DNA of 64,000 bases, taken from NCBI GenBank assembly GCA_012026655.1, contig JAAILG010000025.1:62001-126000 (forward strand). The letters run 5' to 3'. Numbering within the stretch: position 1 is the stretch's first letter; each line of letters begins with the position of its first letter. The notes beneath the pieces are model-generated. The model was not told the origin of the DNA, searched no databases, and worked only from the letters and a program-made list of their open reading frames with translations. This document shows, one piece after another, positions 40,169 through 51,856 of this stretch. Position numbers and translations under genes: made by a program. The DNA is from Hydrolagus affinis. Its lineage: Eukaryota.

Positions 40169-43100
40169 TCCCTGTTGTACCTTGCTTTACAGGAGATCTC
40201 AGGCCCAGTGAAAGATGGTAAGGTTTGGGACTGAACTTTCACCTGTAATTTGTCCATTGAACTCCAGACGATACTGTAAATGTGAACAGGTAGACACAGA
40301 AGTTTCAATCAAATGGCTGAATTTTAAAAGGATCTACTCTTTTTCATGGGAGCAGAATAGCCCGGCCTACCCAAGCATTCCCTTTCCTCCTTTTGCTGAA
40401 TTACAGCTTTGGCAAAATCCCACAGCTTGGCAGGCAATGAATGGAGACTGTGGAGGAGGTCCCTGGAACAGCACATCTGTCGAGAGCCACAGGTGTGGTA
40501 AACATGGATCTCATCCAATTCCTTCCCAAATTCCATACAGCAAATACTGACTGATTCCTGTGAAGTACATCACAACACTTGATGGTCTATTCAATTATAG
40601 ATTCAGAATGATGGAATACTAAATGGACTACGCACTTCACATGTGCTTGGCCAATAATTATACCCAATGCCTTTTCATTACGCGACTTTCCTAACGGACA
40701 TACATTTCGATGTTTCTTGATCTCTGTTAACGGAGTTAACAGCTCTGCAGTCAGCAAGTTTCTCTCTGTGGCAGATTCAGCAGAAGTGAATTAAAATGAG
40801 GCAGAACAAGAATCGTTAATTGCTTTCTTTATCGTGAGATCTGTCTCATTACTTTGCAATTCCCTTTCAAACAACTCAGCCAAAACCAGTCCTAAACCAT
40901 CCAGGCAGACTGCCTCTCTGAAGAATTTCGATCTTTCTATTGAATTGTTTCTGTAAAATAGTCGGGCAGATAAATAATAATATGGATTTGAAATATTGAA
41001 TTGAAATTGGGAGGTATTGTTGTAGGGTAGCCAAATGTAGTATAAAAAGGAAAGGGGAGGGGGAAAAAAAAGGAATTTGTTTTTCGTCCAGAAATCTGTC
41101 CTGCTGCTATCTCCTGGTAAAAGAAAAGAAAAGGCATATGGCAGATATTCTTTCAGGGCTTACAGGGAAGGGAATCTGTTAAGCACATTCGATAAATACA
41201 GATCACATTAACGTTTCAGAAAGTGTTAAAAATAGAAAAGTCCTGCTGGTATGACACTGAGGGAATATTTTTCAATCTGAGAGAATTGTTACACAAAAGG
41301 TTTGAATGCGATAACTCTAATGATGCTTCAAATTGTTCTTTCTTTGAAGCAGCAACTTCAAAAGAGCGTCCTTGTTTAATCTGCCCATTTTTATTGATTT
41401 GACACAAAAATAATAGTGAATGCGCGATGGCGATACGATGCAGGTTGTCTGAGATATTTCTTCATGCTGCACAGTAAAGATTTATTCGATTGTCACCCAC
41501 AGTAAATTGGAGCGATTTTCATTCAAAAGGTGTTGTGTGTGTGTGTGTGTGTACATATTTATATATCATACACTGTATATAGTATGCAACATATGTGAAA
41601 CGGAGATTGTTTTATTTATTTTTTTAACAAAAATTGCACACAATACTGTTGGCGTGTTATTTTTGTTGGCTGGTAGTTTATTTTCGGAGTTGACAACCAC
41701 AAGGTAGTTAGTGTGATTGACACTTTGGCATCAGTTGTCTGACTTAACCCTGAAGCCATGTTTGAAGGTCCTGGTTGATATCTGCGGGTTCCTACCAGCA
41801 GCATGTGAACTTCAAGGGTTACCAACAGTGCTCGAGCAGTGGATGTCAGTTCTGTGATAATGGTGTCCCAGCAGGTTGGGCTGAGCTGCCAGTCATGAAC
41901 ATTCCCCTTTCCAGTCTATTGAAATTCATTCCCCCTTTCTCCTATAGGACAACCTGTAGGGCTTAGGTTCCAGTGGAGGCATCTCTGTGTTTTTGTTTGG
42001 ATGAATGCTTTATAATAACTGTGTGCAATGTAAGAGAAGCCGATTGGGATGGTTCAACAAGATTTGATTTGAAAGCGCCTGTGGTTGACTTGGGGTGGAG
42101 TTGGCATGACTGTCAACACTGGTTTATCAGTCTGTCTGCAGAATATACGAGTCCGGGAATGGAAAATGGACGGAAATATTCCTGGTCTTGCGTGTGGCCT
42201 TTTCTTACGAAAGGCAAATTTGTGCTTGCGGCTACCAATGTTTCTAAGTGTTTTCCACTGTAAAAATTGAGCAAAAAAAAAAGACTGAAGCACGGAAGGT
42301 ATTGCACTACTATTGATGTTATGAAACATTGTTTGAAAACCATTATTGTTCATGTGTTTAACACACAGCACCTTGTATGGATATGATTCCATTATTATTA
42401 CACTTCATATTTATTGAGATATAACAGTCTAGATTTCTGAAAGAAGGTTAAAGAAAATGCATTTATGTCAGTCACACAGGCAAATGTCAAAATGCTAAAT
42501 ATTCGAAGACTGCAATTTTTTAAAAGAAATATTTGTCCTATTTTATAAGTCCTATTTTAAAATTCCTTGTTCTAATGGAATACATAATTGTGAACACTCT
42601 GCAACATGCTTCTTTGAAAGTTGTTCAGGAAAGTTGTAAATTTATTTTCTCATCTTCCAATCGGGCTATAAAAACACCCGGAATATTTCAGGACAGAATT
42701 CAATTCTAATTAACCAGTGAGATATCTCGACATAGGTCACGGTCGATCAGTGAATAAGAATCTCATTTTGCAGTTGTAACAATCCACAGCTTGTCCATAT
42801 TTATGGCGCGTTGGGAGATTTGATGATGTACTCCAGGTAATTGATGGGCAGTGTGATTTACGATTAATGTAGCTGCACAAGAAGTAAATAGTGTTCTGCA
42901 TCATGGCCAGTAAATTCACTTACTGACTGAATATATATATAGAAAGTTCTCTGTTAATGATCTTGTAAATTGGATGTGTAGGGTGACCCTTTTGATATAT
43001 GTTCATCTTGAGGTAGTGCAAAGGACCAACAAGGGTGCTGTTATTCAGTGAGCCACGGAGCAGTTATGCATGGGTTTTCTCCTCTCTCATACTGATCCCA

Positions 43101-43229
43101 ATGGGGTTGTTAAGCTTGGAACATGTGGATTTCATGTGGGGATTTCATGTAGAGGAACTAATGAATTGTTCTTCAGAACATGGGCTTCCTATTTCTAATC
43201 TTAAGAAAAAAATGTTGTTTCAAATGGGA

Positions 43230-43570
43230 CTGAAAGTGTAAAGCTGGAATAATTCAGAAGCACCAAGACAGGAAGATACAATCGCAGGGTGGTTTTGAGT
43301 AGTGAAAGGCAATTTCAGGACAGACACCAGGAAGTATTTCTTTACCCAGATGGTGATTAACAACACTAACAATTTGCATTTATATAGCACTCTCCATGTC
43401 GAGCGGCATCTCAGAGTGCTTAACAATGGCGGAGTCCGAGGCCGTGTCAGGGTGAGGGGGAAGGTGACCGTAAACACCGTCAAAGAGAAAGGTCTAATTA
43501 ATGACTTGAACAGGTTATCAGGAAGGGTGGTGGAGGCCAGGCTACAGGACTAAAACAAGAATTGATTCTG
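43230..43570 (+). mobile_element. CR1-type LINE 3' relic interrupted by an antisense L2 tail (~43360-43495)
   Basis: KGNFRTDTRKYFFTQMVIN ... NDLNRLSGRVVEA, resembling the CR1 ORF2 end, split by AACAATTTGCATTTATATAGCACTCTCC... Confidence 0.65.
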
Positions 43571-44179
43571 TGATGTTAAGGATACGATCAAATGGGCTTG
43601 AGTCTTTTTCATCAGAACCAATCTTCCAATCTTGTGCCATTAGAATTATTATGCAATGCAATTAGTATGCAATTATTATTGAGATATAAATATTGTACAT
43701 TGCAGCTTCACAATGGCACAAGCCTTGGGCATATTTTGTGTGTTCTGTGCACAATGTGTTCTGTGGTCATTGTCTCATAACAGAATAAATTGCATATTAC
43801 AATAAAGCTTTAGAAGTTTTGTCTTGACGAATTAACATTTTCGTTAATGAATGCTTATTAAGAAGACATTAATTTTAATGTCAATTTAATTGAAATTTCA
43901 ATCTATCATTAATGTTGCAGGCAGCATGTGTTGGAATGAACTGATTGTAACACGAGCCCAATCCTCCACAAATAACATGGAATATTGATGTACCAGTGTT
44001 GATATCGATCAATTGAAAACATAACGCAGCCTTCAATTTATAGTAGATACAGTTAATGGTTTGATACACTTATGGGGTGTTTTACTATGTAATACAATCA
44101 TTAAATAGAAGGCTATTTCATTGTCTTGGTAAGTCTATCTTTCCACTTGTGTGTCATGGGACTTTTTGGAGGCCATATC

Positions 44180-44325
44180 AGGTGCCAAATGGAGAAAGTA
44201 AATGCAGAAAAGTTCAAGGACACTAGTTCAAGGTACTCAAGGTAGTTTGAGGATACACATCAAGAGGTCTTTCTTTGCACAGAGGGAAACTGGCTTTTGG
44301 AATGGATTACCAGAATGGGTAACAA
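44180..44325 (+). mobile_element. CR1-type LINE 3' relic
   Basis: RIHIKRSFFAQRETGFWNGLPEWV resembles the CR1 FF.QRV...WN.LP motif. Confidence 0.55.
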
Positions 44326-44387
44326 TGAAAGATAGAAAAAACGTGTTGCATCTGAGATGTTCTATGAAGGATGTTGGTGAAATTAGT

Positions 44388-44688
44388 TTTAGAGCTCTCG
44401 CCTTACAAGCGTGAGACCTGTGTTCGAATCCAGCCTAGTCAGGGTGAAACCTTGGGCAAGTTTCCTTATTCCACATGCTTAATAATAATCCCTCCAAAAA
44501 AAAACAATAATAAAATTGGTCATTTCAATCCATGACAGTGTGGGACAGTGCTGTGCGCAATTGGCTGCTGCGTTTCGCCCACAAATGTACAGTCAATTCA
44601 CTTTACAGTATATTCTGTGAAGCATTTTGAGACATTGAGAAGATGTAAAAAGCGCTATATCAAATTCAAGGATTATTATTATTATATT
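44388..44688 (+). mobile_element. tRNA-SINE copy, slightly 5' truncated
   Basis: AGAGCTCTCGCCTTACAAGCGTGAGACCTGTGTTCGAATCC through CAAGG(ATT)n. Confidence 0.9.
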
Positions 44689-45388
44689 AGTTTCAGATTC
44701 TGCCTCTTATTTTAAGTTACTGTGATTATACTATTTTACAGAATAAGAAATTAAAAGGGACGTTAAAAGGATTGGAAACCTGGGGTGATACTCAGCGGTT
44801 TCCAACGCTGACAACAGAACAATTTACTTGTACATGTGTTATATCCTAGTACGACCATATGTTTCTCCATTGCCATTTCACTGACATCAATACATCACAA
44901 GATGGGTTGCAACTTCAATGGTGGAACGTGGGTACTTTTGTGAGACAAAATGCTTTGTTTACCTCTTTGCTGCAATTCAAGAAGGAATATTTATTTATGC
45001 ACAGAATTAATTATGTTTCTGCTCACTTGCTACCGTGTTTGTGTATTAATACAAACAATTCAAGGAGCGAATGTGTCTTGTTTGAGTAAACATGCTATTT
45101 TTTCAATTGTGGTTCCACCATTAGAGACAAGCAGCTGTGAACATGCTTGAGTTGTACTTCCAATGAAAGTTTGTTTCTTCTGGTAGTGAAAAATTACAGA
45201 GCTGAAGGTACAACTCGCATTATACTCAATTTATGCTGAGTTTGTTTTTCTATTCACTGGTATAAATCGAGACAATAAGAATTGAAGCAAATTTCCCTGG
45301 AGCCTGGCTGCTGAAACCACTTTGAGTTTGTGATTTGCGCGATATATAATAATAATAATCCTTGCATTTGATATAGTGCTTTTCACGC

Positions 45389-45830
45389 TGGAAGGGAATT
45401 CCAGAACCTCGGGGCGTAGTGGCTGAAGGCACGGCCGCCGAGGGTGGAGCGGAGGATTCGGGGGGACATGGAGGAGCCCAGACCCAGAGGAGCGAAGGCA
45501 GCGGGTGCTGGTTTGGGGGGAGAGGAGGTCAGAGAGATAGGGGGGTGCAGAGAAGTGGAGGGATTTGAAAACAAGGGTGAGGATCTTGAAGTCGATCCTC
45601 TCTGGGATAGGGAGCCAGTGAAGTCTGGCAAGGACTGGGGTAATGGGGGAGCGAAGCTCAGAGCGGGTGAGTATGCGGGCGGCAGAGTTTTGGATGAGCT
45701 GGATTTTGTGGATTGTGGTGGAGGGGAGACCGGAGAGGAGGGCATTGCAATAGTCCAGCCGAGAGGTGACAAAGGCCTGGACCAGGGTTTCAGCGGCTTT
45801 TTGGGGGGTGAGGTATTGCCCATTATATTG
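45389..45830 (-). mobile_element. L2-clade LINE ORF2 C-terminal fragment
   Basis: Minus-strand frame, not the one in the ORF track, reads [45 protein letters not shown]...[22 protein letters not shown], a typical post-RT L2 motif set. Confidence 0.92.
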
Positions 45831-47212
45831 AAAGCATGGGCGTTTGATCCTGAAGTTCTACCAACTTTGGCGTTTGTTCTGTTTCCTTCTGTGAGCCCCA
45901 AGCCCTCTCCCCCCCCTACCCCCCCACCCACCTTGATATTAATGTTGAACTGCTGCTAAATAGCACTATTGTCCAGAACGTTAACACTATTCAACAATCC
46001 TGTGACTGCCCACGATTGAGGGGGCGGGGTGGGGGGGGGAGTGGGGGGGAGGTCACTGACCTTATTAACGAGCAACATGGCTAATGGTATTGTGATGATC
46101 TTCTGGCTTCACTCTGAGCTTGTCGCCCCCTCACCCGCGAACGGCGAGGGTCGTCGCAGCAAAAAGGCTTGCCGGAATAAGAGCGGGTGGGTGGGGTCGA
46201 AAACATTCAATAACTCCGTAAATCTGTAGAGACCCAAACACACAAGAGAGAGGAAAATGAAAATGTCAGATGAGCTGATTTTTGTTAAGTGCAAATCCAA
46301 CGCCGTCTGGAGTTGCCGCGCACACAGTGTTTTGTCATTTAACTTGCGCAGTGCGATCATCTGTCTGTGTCACGTCGAATAAATGAACGGTACAAACGGT
46401 GCGGCTGCTGATAGTTTGGGTTTGGGCCTTCCCGCGATGCCATTAACTGCTCCGATTTGATTTCAATGGATATTTTTTTAAAAAAACACCCTCCCACCCC
46501 CCTCCACCCCCAGCGTTTTCACTGAGAAGGGAGAAATGGACGTGAGCTGTGCTCTGATCTGAAGGCATCGAGACTTTGCATCCGGCATCTCCCCGCTGGC
46601 TCATTTCTACACATTGCTACTTGTGTGTCCTTGCGATGTACTTGTTACTGCACCATTTATTCTCGGCCTGGCTCTGTCTCTCCCCTCTGGGGATTGAGCT
46701 GCAGAACTCCACTCTCGCCAGTGTTCACTTCGCAGTGGAAGCTAATGGTTTTAATAAAAGGAATTGTGCTTCCCAACTGCAGTGTGTGCGTGTATGTGTT
46801 TGCATGTGTGTATATTTGACAGTAGCTTCAAAAATTCCCCCCCAAACCACAGTTCACTCACGTCTTATGAACTGAAATTAAAAATAAAAATAAAAACGCG
46901 CCGACCTCGGCCGAGATAGCAGATGCGATGAAATACTTGGGTGTCAGGACTGTAAAGGTGAGGAATAGGACAGTTAATTCGGGTTCCCACTCTCACTGCC
47001 AGGATCCTGAACCAACCCCCCACACCCCCACCCCTCCGCCTCTTCTCTTCCATTGGAAGCTTTGATTTGTGGACGTCGGACGAGGAATCAGGGCTGCAGT
47101 GAGCCTCGCTGATAATCACAGTTCGAAACTCACGGGGGTAGAACTGAGGTTCCCTGGAAACCCTCAGGAAAGCTCCTTCTCTCTCCTCTCTCTCTTGAAA
47201 TGGGCCCGAAGC

Positions 47213-47258
47213 CCTCTCTCTCTCTCTCTGTCTCTCCCTGCCTCTCTCTCTCTCTCTC
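47213..47258. repeat. (CT)n microsatellite
   Basis: Interrupted CT dinucleotide run. Confidence 0.9.
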
Positions 47259-48376
47259 AGAAGATACACTTGGGAGAAAAATTTGACAGCAAGGAAAAAA
47301 AAAATCGCTTTAAAACATAAAACATCATCCTTCGAGTAGCTGAGCTGACGATACTCATGTCTCACTGCAAACCCTGCGAGCTTGTGCGAAGCAAGAAGAG
47401 CAAACGAAACATAAATCTGACAAGGACTGATACCTTGACACAGACTTTCCTTTCTTTATGGTGTCATTGTTCGCGGTCCTCTCTTATTTATTTGGGCAGA
47501 GAGAGATTCTCTGTGGGTTCGGATTTGTTTTACTAACAGTGCAAGTTGCCCGCAGAAAATCACTGCGACTGGTAGACTCCAGATTCACTCACGGCATCCG
47601 TTTCTGGGGCTTTGATGGCGTGCTCTGAAGTCTGGAGCTAGTCTCCGATCAGGTCTCGTACGTGTGTTCTCTCTCCATTGAGCTGCGCACACATTCCCGC
47701 TATCCGGCTGAAGACGCCAAGGCTTGAATGGCACATTTCCGAAACTCGACAGTCACTCGAGCGATTTGGATTTGTTTTCAGTCTGATCGGATACGAGAGA
47801 CCGACAGTGAGAAGCAGAGACCACGCTTTTGGTTGTGGTTTCACAGGCGTCCGTCCTTCCGTCCCTGCGTTTCGATTATCCGCGCCTTATCGTGTGTGAG
47901 GCATCCCGCAACGCGCTTCAGATATTCCTGATCCGTGTGAAAATTTCCCATTCCAGAAGGGTCACTTTCGGCAAAGCTTCGTCACTGCGGCACAGATTAG
48001 AAACTTACTGTGTTAATATTTTGATTAATGAAAGGTACATTTGCAGGGAGGAGCAGATCAAACTCATTAACCTTTGGACCGAATATCTCTTGCTTTTCTA
48101 GAGTTATCTATGGGGAAATCAGGAGTTCCATAGAGTTTGTGCAACAGATACTACTCAGGGTGCTCCACTTAGAAAGCATCTGGGCTGTATACGATTACTC
48201 TTCATGGATATTTGGTTAACATGCCTTTGATGTCTTCAAAGTGACTAATTTTCAACTCAAAAAGTCAACATGGAGGGTTTATGCCGATGTAAGATGTTGA
48301 AACTATTCATTCTATTCTTTATCCCGAAAGATTAAAAGAATTGCAGGTGAAAGCACATTCTCTACGTGGCGCGATT

Positions 48377-48452
48377 CAACAACGACGACAACAACAACAA
48401 CTTCGATTTATACAGCGCCCTCCACGCCGGACGGCGTCTCAGAGCGCTTTAA
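48377..48452 (-). mobile_element. Isolated L2-type 3' tail
   Basis: (CAA)n...TTTATACAGCGCCCTCCACGCCGGACGGCGTCTCAGAGCGCTTTA; related tails at ~1570, 7970 and 43362. Confidence 0.75.
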
Positions 48453-49095
48453 ATCAATTTTCATGGATTCCTCCGGGAAAATTGAATGAAACAACTCAAA
48501 TGCTGGCTCTTGGCAACCCGAGCCAAGGAAACTTTATGAAGGAGAAATCCTGGCCTGAAAGGGGTGTCTTTTTGTAAAAAAAAAAATCCCCAAGTGATTT
48601 CACATTGGGCCAAAGGGAATCATCCAAATCAATCAGTTTGTCAGATGATGCATTAATACCGATTAAAACGTATTGGAAATCGATTGGTGTGGGAGCAAAT
48701 TTCGCTTCACAAAGACTTTCCCCAAGAACCAACATCCCAATTCTCTTGGCACAGGGATCAATGGACATCTTTTGCCACATTGAACAGTAGCTTCGATGTT
48801 ACTTTATCGTGTTGAATCCCGTGCACAGAAATGCGGTGAGACTTTGGAGTCGGTTTTACAATGAACCCCCGCGTTAAAACCACTTCAGCGGGTGCGCACA
48901 TCAATAAATAAATACATAAATGACTTGACTGACTGACTGACCTGTTGGCGGCAGGTGTCTTAAATGTTGAATGTCAGGGTTAAAACGAGAGCAAAGCTAC
49001 ACCCAGAACAACCAGCCGGGCTGCTGGTGTCCCGGGCTGCGCCTAAATCATGACCGACACGAAGTTTGGAGCTGGAATCGTTCCCTCTTTCTGTC

Positions 49096-49181
49096 TGTGT
49101 GTGTGTGTGTGTGTGACCCACTGCCCCAGCTAGAGTTCAATGGCTTGTGGCAGTTCATTTTTATCTCTCTCTCTCTCTCTC
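49096..49181. repeat. (GT)n and (CT)n microsatellites
   Basis: GT run at ~49096-49115 and CT run at ~49164-49181. Confidence 0.9.
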
Positions 49182-50676
49182 ACTCGTGTGTCTCCCCACA
49201 GAAGCTGCAAACCCGTCTTTGTGTCGCGGTGATAATCACGGCATATTTACTCAGCTCGGCAGCTCAGCAGCTCAGCTCTCTCCCAGTGTTTGATGCCGCT
49301 CCCCCTTTTCCAGAGGAATTTTTTTTAATATTAAAAATAATTTTAAGAAATTCTGATTTGAGAGGAGGTCTGTCCAATCAGGCGCCCGCACTGTAATAAC
49401 ACTGTCAGCTCGCACCCTTTGCCTTCTGATCTCCTTTAGCGCAGTCACAAGAATCCGCTGATAGAAATTGATGAACCATCACTACTTTTTTGGGTTTCTT
49501 TATTTCGTAACGGCTTCTTTTTTTGTTAACTCGCCCCCCCCCTCCCCCCCACTCCCCTCTCCTATAAACTGCATGTGCCGTGATTCAGGAGCAAAGAGGG
49601 AATAAAAAAAGGCACTTGTCTGCTCTAGGCTGACTGACTGTCTGCTTTTTGATTTCATTTTTCCTGGACACGCCACACGTATGGAGAAGTTCTGCGTTTT
49701 TATTTTAGATTATCGTTGCCCGCGTCAGGAAACCGAGACGCCTGTGATTCGGTGGAAGGAAGGAATGAATGAATGAACGGACGGTTTGCTTTTCCTGCGG
49801 TGTTTTCTGTCTCGGGTGGGACCGAGGGCTGGTCAGACTCAGCAAATATTCTCTCCCCTAAGGCAGGAAACGCTACATTGATCTATTCACCTATTTTAAA
49901 GCTGTCCACCCGCCTCTGGACGGAGACGTTGAGGAGACTAAACGTTGCAAGCTGGGAGTCCTGCCCGCACAGATTTGTACTTTACACCTATATATATATA
50001 TATATATATCATCCTCACGGCGAGCGGCGAATCGTTTTTCTCACAGGAACCGGCTTCATTTAAAAGACGGAATGATGCGCGTAACGAACTGACATTCTCT
50101 CTCCTGTTCTTCTGCCGTGATTTTTTTTTCTGCGGGAGGAGGATTTAATGCGCTCGGCGGGTTCCGTGCTACCCACCGGCCGCTAAAGAAACAGGCTCTC
50201 TCCGCTCTCCCCCCCCCTCTCCCCCCTTCTCCCCCCCACTCTCCCCCCTCCCGGGCAAAAGGGAGGAAATCACAGCTACGTCTGATTTTAAATTAACACC
50301 CATTTACAGCAGCAGAAAATGTAGTTTAGAGAAAAAAACAAATAATTCGTTCTGAAAAAGGGGAGGAAAAGATTTGAAAAGCTTGACAAACCAAGGTCTC
50401 CGCGACCATGGCCGTGCGGCACGAAGGGAGGCCGTCAGCTGCGTGTGTGACTGCCCGTCACTGAGCCCCAGGGTTCGAGACTCCTTATCTCAACTGCGTG
50501 GGCAGGCACACGGCGGAACGGATTGGAAAGCACGTATTAGTTTGCTGTCACTGAGAGCCGTACTGCGCACGTTACTGACTGACTGGCTGGCTGGCTGCTG
50601 GCTGATTCCTGAGACCGAGTTAGAAGCCGCCGTGACCGGGGTGGGTGGGGAGGGGGGGGGGTGTGGAGAACAGAAG

Positions 50677-50946
50677 ATGCCAGCTATTCTCGTGGCCTCG
50701 AAAATGAAGTCGGGGCTGCCCAAGCCAGTGCACAGCGCCGCGCCCATCCTTCACGTGGCGTCGCGGGTGCCGCGGCAGCCCGGCTACCTGAGGCTCGGAG
50801 GCGAGGCGGAGGTGAGCGGCAAGCCGACCTACTCCAGCCAGATCCCGCTCAAGTCCCCGCACGGACCGCTCGGCGAAGGTGAACTTGGCAGGGGGGAGGA
50901 GGAGGGGAGGAAGCCCGCCCTGGCCGAGAATGGATTTGACACTCAG
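50677..50946 (+). CDS. NAV2: Neuron navigator 2, first coding exon (90 codons, phase-0 donor); the gene continues beyond the window
   Basis: Translation MPAILVASKMKSGLPKPVHSAAPILHVASRVPRQPGYLRLGGEAEVSGKPTYSSQIPLKS...ENGFDTQ matches the remembered N-terminus of vertebrate NAV2 (MPAILVASKMKSGLPKPVHSAAPILHV...ENGFDTQ|IYTDWAN). Similarity stops exactly at CAG|GTTAGA. GC-rich codons within a CpG island. Confidence 0.95.
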
Positions 50947-51175
50947 GTTAGAGAACGTGATTCAGACGAGTTTAAACACTCTTTTTTTATATATATATAT
51001 ATATTTATACGTGTTTGAGAGATCCGCCTTGTTCTTTTGCAGATTTAATTCATGTTAAATTTTTTTTAAAAAAATCTTGCTTTTTTTTGGTAATAAATAT
51101 ATATATATATAAACATATATAAATGTCTCGAAACACTTCTCGGGAATGTAGTGACTGTGTATTTGCTTTTTGAGG

Positions 51176-51275
51176 NNNNNNNNNNNNNNNNNNNNNNNNN
51201 NNNNNNNNNNNNNNNNNNNNNNNNNNNNNNNNNNNNNNNNNNNNNNNNNNNNNNNNNNNNNNNNNNNNNNNNNNN
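51176..51275. other. Assembly gap (100 N)
   Basis: Run of 100 N followed by a C-run; the true gap length is unknown. Confidence 0.99.
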
Positions 51276-51856
51276 CCACCCCCCCCCACCCCTCCCTTGA
51301 GAGTCGTGCTGTAGCTCTGCGCAGGCTCCCGCTGTCCTCGAAAGACGCTAAATTAGGTAATGTTTCATTCGCTACTCGGAACAGTCTCCAGCTAATGGTT
51401 AAAATTGCTCCGAGCTCACATTAGTTGAACTGGATCATTGCCCATCTTGGACAAATAAACCTGCCGAGTGCCGTCAGAAATGAACAGAAATCCTTTTCGC
51501 CCTCGCTCGTGTCTGTTAATCAGTCCAATGATATTTTGTCCCCAAGAATCTGAAAAACAAAAGTAAATGCTTTTGTGGGTTTTATTTTTAACGTGTGAGT
51601 GTGTGAATCCTCAGCCGTTCATGTGAAACCCCAGTGTTTTTTTTTGGGGTGGGGGAGACGTCGGGTTCGAATTAGACGCACTAATCAGACATCCAAAGTT
51701 TTTCCCTTTGGCGAAATGGTACTTGACAGGGCAATCAAACAGTGGTCGAGTGTGCAAGAGGCAGGTGTGAAATGGAGATGAGAAGTCGGGTAGAGATGGA
51801 GCCGGGAGGCTGTGGTTTTAACACTCGATTTTCATGTTCACTCAGCCAGCCTGCAA

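Larger units (their letters stand above)
46100..51500. promoter_or_regulatory. CpG-rich promoter / 5' region of NAV2
   Basis: CpG density is visibly far higher than in the flanks, peaking at ~47.5-48.0 kb and ~49.7-50.95 kb. Nearly free of SINEs. CCAAT at 49374-49378, TATAAA at 49563-49568 after a C-rich tract, reverse CCAAT at 50522-50526. The transcription start cannot be fixed from sequence. Confidence 0.75.

Noticed and set aside
45383-45959. 182-aa (-) and 171-aa (+) ORFs
   Set aside because: Off-frame and antisense readings of an L2 LINE fragment; the real L2 frame is a different one.
46865-47365. 166-aa minus-strand ORF with ERERER tract
   Set aside because: The low-complexity content comes from the (CT)n microsatellite and C-runs; no recognisable domain.
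50374-51018. 214-aa ORF as a complete protein
   Set aside because: Only 50677-50946 resembles NAV2. The 3' part reads through the GT donor into a (TA)n intron tract and the 5' part has no in-frame ATG.
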